Below, piece after piece: positions 16,401-23,076 of a DNA stretch of 23,076 bases. The translations under genes and the position numbers were made by a program. The stretch is taken from positions 62,001-85,076 of the forward strand of contig MRSU01005936.1 of the NCBI GenBank assembly GCA_008369845.1. The letters are read 5' to 3'. This DNA is from Trichomonas gallinae (lineage: Eukaryota). Position 1 is the first letter of the stretch; each line of letters begins with the position of its first letter. The notes under the pieces are model-generated. The model ran no database searches and had not been told where the DNA came from. It saw only the letters and a list, made by a program, of their open reading frames with translations.

Positions 16401-18662
16401 TCTTATAGACTTGACATCTTTGAATTTTGACGGACAACCGAGAAGAATGGAAGCCATCTCATCTAGTAGTGGAATGTCGTAGTCGTAGGCTAACAAGGCC
16501 TGCGTGAGAGTTGTTGCGAATTTGGCTGTGCGTGGCAGTAAAAGATCAGATAATGATGGGTAAACATAAAAAACATTTTTGACGAAACTTATGGCGACTT
16601 TTATGTCATTTGGGTTCTTAGTTTGTCCAGCGAGTTGTACTGTGTTCATTAGTATGGATGATTTGATAAGGTTGCCGATATCTGGGTTATTGAGCTGATT
16701 CATATTATTATTCATCGCGTGGATGAATCCCATTGCGATTTGAGAGTATAATTCCATGTTTTTGATGCCACTTTCTATCAGTAAGGCTGCAAAAGAGACG
16801 AATCTCAACATTCCTCTAAAATTATTTTCTCTAACTAGTGAAAACATCATTGATTTGACGACATCTTGGTAGTAAGGGAAGATAATTAACTCCTGGCACA
16901 AGTTCATGTACTGAGAACTGTTCAACATTTTGTCTGGAGCTGTAATTGTAAGAATTTGCAAAAAAGACGAAAGTTTGTAGCTAAGGAGCAAATATGGCTG
17001 CTGAGAAATGAACTGCATAGCGAGAGAGAATAGTTTTGAACTGACAAATATGCTAATAAACATGTCTGGAATATCATATAATAAATATTCGAGAAATGGA
17101 TAAAAATTGAGTAAGTAATAGTTGCTTTGATCCTTCTGCATGTTATATATCGATTCCAAAATGCTGAAACAAACGTTTTTGTCGATTTTGCTTTTTTCAA
17201 CTAAGAAATAAATGATGAAATCTTGCAACTGTCTGATGAAAACGTAAGCTGGGTCGTTGCTTGTGTAGTCGATCTTGATGTTAAACAAGGAAGGATCAAT
17301 AAAAATGCCCCAATCTCCATTTATTGATGATAAAATGCACGAATCATTCATCTGATGTATCAGCATCATGCAGATAGCCAAGAATATCGGATATCTCTCT
17401 GTATTATGTGAGTCTCTTAACTGGATAACAACTTCGGATGAAATGATCTGCGAAGATTCAACAGACTTCAATCCTCTTTCTCTCATTAATAACAGTGTAG
17501 CATAGAGTGTTGAACTCTGCTCAGACATTTCTCTAATTGCTGTAATTAAAGTTGGTTCACTAAATCTTTTGCCAGCAGCCATGTGTTCCTTGAATTCTGA
17601 TATAGAGAAGTACTTGATTGGCTTCGTTTGTATCTCCATTGCTGTCAAATTCTTTGTTTCTTGCTCAGGAAGCTGAATTGATTTCATTATCGATTTATTT
17701 GATGCCCATTTCAAGAAAGTAATAGAAGAGGCGATGATTTTAGCGAAATTTATATCGTAATTCATGATGTTAAACTCAAAACAAGTGAATCCTATGTTAT
17801 AAATAATCGGATCATGCGGAATATCCATTCTTCCGAAGAGATAACATGTCGTAGATATGCAATTCGATATCAAATCCTTCTGGTATTGTGTTGACGTAGA
17901 ATAAATGCTTGTAAAAGTATATAAAACACTTGAAATCACATCAAATCTTTCTAAATAATCCTGGTAGAATTCTTCGATGAATATATGCACGAAGTAGTGT
18001 AAATACTCGTAGATTATGTTACGTTTTGTGCCCGATTCCTTTGGAATTACAGTGATTAAAGTTGGAAAAAAATCCCAGACGAATTGCATGATTGGATCAT
18101 ACTTGTTCATAGCAAGAACTATGCGTAAGTTATCCGATAGTGACTTAAGTATTCGTTTTGAGAGAATTTCAAAATAATCAAATCCTTTTGGGCCGCATCT
18201 GACGAAAAACATAAAGAAATAACTTAAGTACTGCCAGATTATAGCTGGAAATGAAAGACCTTTTTGCTCAACAACGAAGTGTTCGAATTCGTTTTGAAAT
18301 TGAAAAGTTACTTTTGCGTAAATTCTGAAAACTTTCGTTCGTATGTTTTTGAAACCGTCTCTTGTAACACTTTTACGGTTGAATGTAGCTGCAAATCTAA
18401 TAAATTCGAGTTGTTCCATCGTAATTGGGTTTTCTAATTGTAAATAGTTCGAAATCATAATACGAGCAGTCTCTATATCTGGTTCACGCTGCATAACCGT
18501 ATTGAGAATATCAGTTTTGTACCATTCATTCGGAATTGCTTCATAAATTGACACCATGGGGTCTTTCGGATTTGAAAATTTCATTTTTTTGTTGCCTATC
18601 CTTTGCTTGAAGTAGTGCTCGTAGGCAGAAACTTCCTCAAGCAAATCAGGGTCCGATTTCAT
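13455..18662 (-). CDS. Large ARM/HEAT + ConA(LamG)-like protein resembling the N-terminal part of neurobeachin/BEACH-family proteins, with no BEACH domain (1735 aa from the first ATG)
   Basis: ConA-like segment WTFIITIRI...WYHIEL....IILYIDNQ...VYIGS flanked by NALLCCDGGL, NEKAFSDMQGFMEIS and LWMNPKVH, which resemble NBEA/LRBA motifs. The ORF-track start at 18692 is a GTG inside the AAAGTGAC promoter motif; the first ATG is at 18662 (MKSDPDLL). The stop overlaps TAAA. Confidence 0.72.
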   Translation of the reverse strand: MKSDPDLLEEVSAYEHYFKQRIGNKKMKFSNPKDPMVSIYEAIPNEWYKTDILNTVMQREPDIETARIMISNYLQLENPITMEQLEFIRFAATFNRKSVTRDGFKNIRTKVFRIYAKVTFQFQNEFEHFVVEQKGLSFPAIIWQYLSYFFMFFVRCGPKGFDYFEILSKRILKSLSDNLRIVLAMNKYDPIMQFVWDFFPTLITVIPKESGTKRNIIYEYLHYFVHIFIEEFYQDYLERFDVISSVLYTFTSIYSTSTQYQKDLISNCISTTCYLFGRMDIPHDPIIYNIGFTCFEFNIMNYDINFAKIIASSITFLKWASNKSIMKSIQLPEQETKNLTAMEIQTKPIKYFSISEFKEHMAAGKRFSEPTLITAIREMSEQSSTLYATLLLMRERGLKSVESSQIISSEVVIQLRDSHNTERYPIFLAICMMLIHQMNDSCILSSINGDWGIFIDPSLFNIKIDYTSNDPAYVFIRQLQDFIIYFLVEKSKIDKNVCFSILESIYNMQKDQSNYYLLNFYPFLEYLLYDIPDMFISIFVSSKLFSLAMQFISQQPYLLLSYKLSSFLQILTITAPDKMLNSSQYMNLCQELIIFPYYQDVVKSMMFSLVRENNFRGMLRFVSFAALLIESGIKNMELYSQIAMGFIHAMNNNMNQLNNPDIGNLIKSSILMNTVQLAGQTKNPNDIKVAISFVKNVFYVYPSLSDLLLPRTAKFATTLTQALLAYDYDIPLLDEMASILLGCPSKFKDVKSIRYYGILSVLLKSIQGKSFESEVLEWIFQLESSSRLNALLCCDGGLMPICLSRLSHLQSNEKNLTSIILNLVTSLFEQFPSTSFMLQLLPAMKVSIQSEETIWPLYVLSFLKKLSANQDLNCEPTHVSLSFPESYIKAPQLPENIFASDWTFIITIRISETSTRGSAFPLLTIGDPNDYANILIKDNLMSISVKSHKAQNIQLFYFQFENDSWYHIELYFSLNDIILYIDNQKIDVQKRTIPQFPKPTSVYIGSYNDPKIVKKSFADIGNAYIFSGNQLGRIRPGTDFNSIDFSSSIVCFNISNVSMHFGSIPINSPYGQEAALKGFFVPQPVSFTTLFTNQGIWNSFLVVYFGATQALGPDFGVEDPLVLLPVIMSNIIAANVENEKAFSDMQGFMEISSNLVKLGRPLDESIFVSLFKILKMLRLERTKIDCLRWLWMNPKVHKAITPDAVTFCVSVLTEITINEPDIIMGVLNHPFIVDFINQLTPAKNEKCPAVVLSLIKLFLRNIAEKGVEDHVSVLLDLVMSPAHHEILLLALEYSIKLMESGSPHMVNMLKQRGFATPFLPLMHNSDTAIHIPALRCFKLGAEISGTSDDVVMSSVLSLTESMDELKFNATEIFFDSFDYMLGIPSVSNGAIRRRSSAANGEQNNRPVTAHYFFPLFAAASTATPRETVKLAVEELIPCMVAFPSSCDLIKKVPFWPYWVIILCRSGYENSRDALTAFRQITSCVLSDSCTRGDFEPTNKALGMLEIISRHLKVDLFEAKSRMLLAAYESFPAERKHVENFRKFAASAFQLIFVSSVQIFDRTIKLGSNPFRLNALERERQNILKITAKELRFHVRVDENNQLIDTELVKILIEQLQQWVVKRHVDTILYDTGLKTVTMYSYLVLLLAIAAPREVALKYAMEFESTYSNKLADMEEEHTAIGMFILAAERIGYKCDTMYEKFTFFLDDDDSPELEKLMFEEEILNSIQKIYLVNFM

Positions 18663-18687
18663 GAAAAATCTCTCAAAATTCGATTTT

Positions 18688-18695
18688 GTCACTTT
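18688..18695 (-). promoter_or_regulatory. AAAGTGAC core-promoter motif upstream of the neurobeachin-like gene
   Basis: Exact AAAGTGAC (in AAAAAAGTGACAAAA) ending ~26 nt before the ATG at 18662. Confidence 0.6.
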
Positions 18696-18867
18696 TTTAG
18701 TTTGAAATTTTTACATTCACAGAAAGATCTGTTTTTTCGTTTATTCGCTTTTAGAGAGGCTAACGGTCACAGATCCAAAGAGATTTTGGCTCTACTACCA
18801 ATTTTTACAATCCAACCATTTCTATAAAAAGTGTCAGTCACATTTTGTTATTTTTTTGAATATTTCT

Positions 18868-19275
18868 ATTCATAACATTGAACTACAATAATCCAATGAA
18901 AAGAAACAATACTATGATGCTACTATAAGAAATAATTTATGTATTTGAGCAGGTAGTTTTTTTTTTTTTTGTCAAAATGTTTTTGATATCTGAAATGTGC
19001 CATATACAACAAATTTATATCATTGAACTATCTTAATCCAATGAAAAGAAACAATGCTATGATGTTATTATAAGAAATGATTTATGTAATAAAGTGTGTA
19101 ACAAATTTTGACAAAATGTTTTTTCTGATCTGAAAAATGTCAATTGAAACAAATTCATAGCATTGAACTACGTAAATCCAATATAGAGAAACAATGTTAT
19201 GATATTATTATAATAATAATTCATTTGTGTGCCAACGCGGATATAGTTTAATTTTGTCATCTAAATCTTCTGACA
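18868..19275. repeat. Three diverged tandem copies of a ~140-145-bp non-coding unit
   Basis: CATTGAACTA...AATCCAAT..A.AGAAACAAT..TATGAT..TA.TATAA begins at 18876, 19021 and 19161 (periods 145 and 140). Confidence 0.9.
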
Positions 19276-19525
19276 AAAAAGTTTTTGACAGGTCGATTTT
19301 TCACAATTAAATTCGGACTTGACAAATATTTGCTTCACTGTTAACAGTTTTCACACACAGTTTGTTAGATTCATTTCACAAGATTTATCTTGGAATTAAC
19401 TGTGAAACATAATACGAATCTCCTATTTCAATGATTTTTTTCCCCTCTAACTATGCAGACGAACGATAGATTAGTAATAGTGAATGTAAAACATTTTCAA
19501 ATTCTAATATTTATTAAACATATAA

Positions 19526-22500
19526 TTAGCTTATAAACAGAGCTACCTGTGATTGGAATAGCGTGTTGATTTCGTTTTGTTCATAAACAAGCTGCTTCGC
19601 ATATCTGACAAAGAAGTCGACAAGTTCGCTGTCAGGTGATTTTTCGAGCTGAAGGAAGAAAGAATACAAACTCGTTGAATCCTCATTCGGATTCATCGCC
19701 CACGTATTTCCTTTTATGAAGTTTGCGATGAGAAACTTGTAAAGTTCCAAATAATCGTTGTTGACAGAATTCGTCTGTATCTGCATCAGACATATATTTT
19801 TGAGTAACTTGAACGAATTTCTGTTGAAAGGCAGCAGTCTGAATATGTCAATCAGCTGTGCTTCGAATGGAGAATGACCGTCAACAAACAGCAATTCGAC
19901 AATCTCTGGAATAATATCATCGATTTTGATTTCAAACTGCGTAAAAGTTAACAAAGCATTTAAAAATTCTTCAGTATTATTTCCAGTTTTGACGAATATT
20001 GCCCATTTCAGCAGCGAAATCGGACTAGGATTGATTGAGAATGGTTGGATTTCATTTCCATATGTTTTTATGGTTTCTAAGTTTGATATCCAGCTTTGAC
20101 CATCACTTATAAACATAATCTTTTCTATTTCGCGAATAGAATGGAAGATTTGCAGTAATGAATAACTATAATCATTCATCTCCAAGCTTTGCTCGACTTT
20201 GCTGACGAAATGGTTATAGCATTGGAAGAATTGGAACTCTATACTTGTAATAATATCAAAATAGTTCGATGAATTGAAAATGTCAGAATTCGATAAATAT
20301 TGAAAGCTTTTTGCTAAGACTTCCATGGCATTTGCAAATAATGGGCACACATACATGCGATTTAACAATAGTAATTCGCATTTAAAGCATTCTAAAATTA
20401 AATCATTATTTTGAATCTGTTGCAAGATTAATCCATAAATAGTTGAACATAAACAGTGAAGCTCATGATCATATGAATCGAATACTGTAACATACATTAG
20501 CTTATTCGTGATAGTATTGGATGAATGAATTAATAATTCGGGAATTAATAATTTTTCTTCAATCTTTTTAGCTAGAATTCGCAGAGAAACTGATATATTC
20601 TGGAAATCATTGATTGGCGAGCAATAATAAACGTTTTCTTGCTGATTTAATCTTGAACAATAACATCTTAGGTCTTCTATAGGTGTGTTAGCGGGATATT
20701 TGCTTACTTCGACTTCTTTTTGCAAGTACTGCAAAACTGAGCTAATTAACGCTGCTACTAAATTAATAACAGATTCTCTATTAATTTCAGCAAATAATGA
20801 GAGAGTAGTGTCGATTTCATCCAATATATCCATTTCTATGTCATTGAGATCAAATTGTGAAAGTTTTTCAATAAATGAATTGAAATAATCTGCTTTTTGA
20901 CTATTTTTCAATTCAATAGTAGATATGGTTGTTGCACACTTTATAGCGCTCAGATATATCTCTGAATCTAGATTAGGAGTATCTAATGCAGAAATTGATA
21001 AATTAAAAACGCATTCAACGAATTCACTTGTTTCATTACTGCAGCATGAAAACAATACATAAAATAAGTTAAATACTAATGCTAAAATGCCATGTTCACC
21101 GTTTTCAATTAAATTCAAATAATTTTGTAAAATGACTTTCTGTTTATCACATGTTGTTTTAACCCAGTATCTATTTACATCTCCATATTTCGATATTGAA
21201 TTTAGCAATTCTTGAATAATAATTTTTTCATTTTCTTCAACAAGATGATCCACAGCAATATTCATTATTTCGTTTGCTTGTTCTTGCTCTTCTGGTATGA
21301 ATATTGTTTGATCAGCAGTTACAGTGAGAAATTTTGCTGAAATTAATCTTAAACTTGCATCTTCTTCAAATTGTAACGATTCGACTAACTGGTCATAGAA
21401 CACTGTTTTTAATGATATATTTGCCATTTGCGATAAGCTTTCGTAGCAATTATTAATAATTTCAAATGAACATTTGACATTAGCAATGTCTTCATTACGC
21501 TCTGATAAATATGATATGAACCAAGCCGTAAATTCAACATCTGGTGCGTATTGCGTGGAAATAATTTCAAATAATTGAATTGCATCCATAAAGAGTGATT
21601 GATCAAATGAGGCATCTTGTGAGGGATCATAGCTATCAATCATCATTAAACAAAATGGGAATAATGTATCTGTGATAAAAACTTCAATAATTGATTTGCA
21701 TTCGTCCGAAAATGAAAGAAATACTCTTTGTAAACATAAAAGAATGCTTCTGATGGCTTTCTCTGATTCTTGATAATTCATAATCAACTGGATAAATAAT
21801 TCAATAAATTTTTCAATCGAAGGTGCGAGAAATTGAGATGATGCGCTTATATATGTTTCAAAGACGGAAAACAATTCAACTATTAATGATTCATCAGTTA
21901 AATTATTAAATAAATTATAAATATATTCTGGGAATGGAGCCATGTCAATGTGATTGGATAAAACTAATATAAGAGGGACAAGCGTTACATGTATTTCAGG
22001 AGGAGTCTGTGGATTGTGAATAAATGATAATAAAATATTTTGAAACAATTCTTGATTTTCAGATGGTGAAATGATGCCTGATGAAACCAAAATCAAAATA
22101 TTTTGAATGGACGACTTTATTATGTTATTATCATTGGTTTGGATGCCATCTAAAAATAAATTGAAAATTATTGGCGCAACGTTCTCAATTTTTGTGCATT
22201 GAATGAGTAAATAAGAAATATTCTCTCTTATATACGAGTCAGTCCGCGCATTTAGATAGAAATCTCTAAATGGCCCAAACATTTGCTCTTCAAAAAAATT
22301 TAATGATAAAATGCTTTTAACTTCATTTGATGATCTTATTTTCACTGTTAGAATGACCAATGAAGCTTTTTGAAGAATAATATCTTGTCCTTTGATGAAA
22401 TTGATTAATAATATTGTTGAATTCAAAGGATTTGCTGTTATAAATTGGTCTAATATACTCTCACTCTCCTTTCTTTGATCATTATCTTGTGAAGTTACAG

Positions 22501-22537
22501 AAATAAGAAGATTTTGTCTAAAAGCATATTCATCCAT
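19526..22537 (-). CDS. HEAT/ARM-repeat protein, importin-beta (karyopherin)-like, highly divergent
   Basis: 1003 aa, acidic, all-helical amphipathic pattern. N-terminal LLISVTSQDNDQRKESESILDQF...ILQKASLVIL resembles the importin-beta N-terminal domain, and the size is typical of karyopherins. Confidence 0.65.
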   Translation of the reverse strand: MDEYAFRQNLLISVTSQDNDQRKESESILDQFITANPLNSTILLINFIKGQDIILQKASLVILTVKIRSSNEVKSILSLNFFEEQMFGPFRDFYLNARTDSYIRENISYLLIQCTKIENVAPIIFNLFLDGIQTNDNNIIKSSIQNILILVSSGIISPSENQELFQNILLSFIHNPQTPPEIHVTLVPLILVLSNHIDMAPFPEYIYNLFNNLTDESLIVELFSVFETYISASSQFLAPSIEKFIELFIQLIMNYQESEKAIRSILLCLQRVFLSFSDECKSIIEVFITDTLFPFCLMMIDSYDPSQDASFDQSLFMDAIQLFEIISTQYAPDVEFTAWFISYLSERNEDIANVKCSFEIINNCYESLSQMANISLKTVFYDQLVESLQFEEDASLRLISAKFLTVTADQTIFIPEEQEQANEIMNIAVDHLVEENEKIIIQELLNSISKYGDVNRYWVKTTCDKQKVILQNYLNLIENGEHGILALVFNLFYVLFSCCSNETSEFVECVFNLSISALDTPNLDSEIYLSAIKCATTISTIELKNSQKADYFNSFIEKLSQFDLNDIEMDILDEIDTTLSLFAEINRESVINLVAALISSVLQYLQKEVEVSKYPANTPIEDLRCYCSRLNQQENVYYCSPINDFQNISVSLRILAKKIEEKLLIPELLIHSSNTITNKLMYVTVFDSYDHELHCLCSTIYGLILQQIQNNDLILECFKCELLLLNRMYVCPLFANAMEVLAKSFQYLSNSDIFNSSNYFDIITSIEFQFFQCYNHFVSKVEQSLEMNDYSYSLLQIFHSIREIEKIMFISDGQSWISNLETIKTYGNEIQPFSINPSPISLLKWAIFVKTGNNTEEFLNALLTFTQFEIKIDDIIPEIVELLFVDGHSPFEAQLIDIFRLLPFNRNSFKLLKNICLMQIQTNSVNNDYLELYKFLIANFIKGNTWAMNPNEDSTSLYSFFLQLEKSPDSELVDFFVRYAKQLVYEQNEINTLFQSQVALFIS

Positions 22538-22551
22538 TTAACAATAAAACA

Positions 22552-22573
22552 AATGATTTTGACAAATGAATGA
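22552..22573 (-). promoter_or_regulatory. Tandem initiator (TCATT) elements upstream of the HEAT-repeat gene
   Basis: Minus strand AAAAA-TCATTCATT-TGTCAAAA-TCATT-TGTTTTATTGTTAA-ATG. The proximal Inr is at 22552-22556, about 17 nt upstream of the ATG. Confidence 0.7.
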
Positions 22574-23076
22574 TTTTTAACAGAACAGTCAGGACATGCT
22601 TTGTAGAACACTCAAACATGATAAATGGATGAAATCAGTGCAAAAATTCGAATTCACCAAATAAATATTCGAATATTTTGTACTCGTTTTGATCATCATC
22701 GTATTATCCCCCTAGTTACGCAATAATTAAAAATATAATTTTTGAAATTTTCAAAAAAATCTATCCTAAGATAAAATTTTTAGATAATTTCTATTAAAAT
22801 AAAATATTTGTCTAAATTTTCTATGCATTTTGCGAAATCTCAAACGGCGATTTTATTGTATAAAATGTTTAGAATATAATTATCAAAGAATATTAAAGTA
22901 ATGTATGTAATTTGCTGATTAAAATTTAATTTACAAGTTTTAACTCCATTGGATCGACTAAATTATCTTGAATCTCTTGTCTTTCAACATAAGATTTCTT
23001 AAGGGGGTAGGTTTGAATGGTTTACAAAATTTGAAAAAGTGCTTTATATCAGCCAGTCAGAGCGACGCCCATGGGG

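Noticed and set aside
18663..18692. GTG start given by the ORF track for the 1745-aa ORF
   Set aside because: This is a eukaryotic gene and the GTG is part of the AAAGTGAC promoter motif. The ATG at 18662 is preferred.
723..21639. Remaining short antisense or nested ORFs inside the long genes
   Set aside because: Shadow ORFs of real coding frames, many starting at non-ATG codons, with no domain signal.
19526..22537. HEAT protein as NELF-B or NELF-C/D
   Set aside because: Its length (~1000 aa) and N-terminal motif fit karyopherin-beta, and no COBRA1/TH1 motifs were recognised.

Overview
AT-rich, gene-dense, apparently intron-less eukaryotic DNA. The TCA(Y)(W) initiators, AAAGTGAC core-promoter motifs, stop codons overlapping TAAA and the gene repertoire point to a trichomonad, most likely Trichomonas vaginalis or a close relative (inference). 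In order, the window holds: the first 10 codons of a minus-strand gene, a TRF4/PAPD5-like non-canonical poly(A) polymerase with an Arg/Asp repeat tail, tRNA-Gly(GCC), a rhomboid-family protein whose catalytic His is replaced by Asn, a small ORF, a divergent Sec23/Sec24-like protein, a hypothetical protein, a roadblock dynein light chain, a 216-aa protein that aligns by eye with the N-terminal domain of NELF-A, a WDR62/MAPKBP1-like WD40 protein, a neurobeachin-like ARM/ConA protein lacking the BEACH module, a 3-copy ~143-bp tandem repeat and an importin-beta-like HEAT protein. The two most notable observations are (1) the candidate compact NELF-A, which would imply promoter-proximal pausing machinery in a parabasalid, and (2) two different intergenic motifs (TTTACATGACAAA and G-tracts/AGGGG) that each recur at ~20-bp spacing between divergent genes. 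All protein family calls come from motif recognition and recalled reference sequences, not from database searches.
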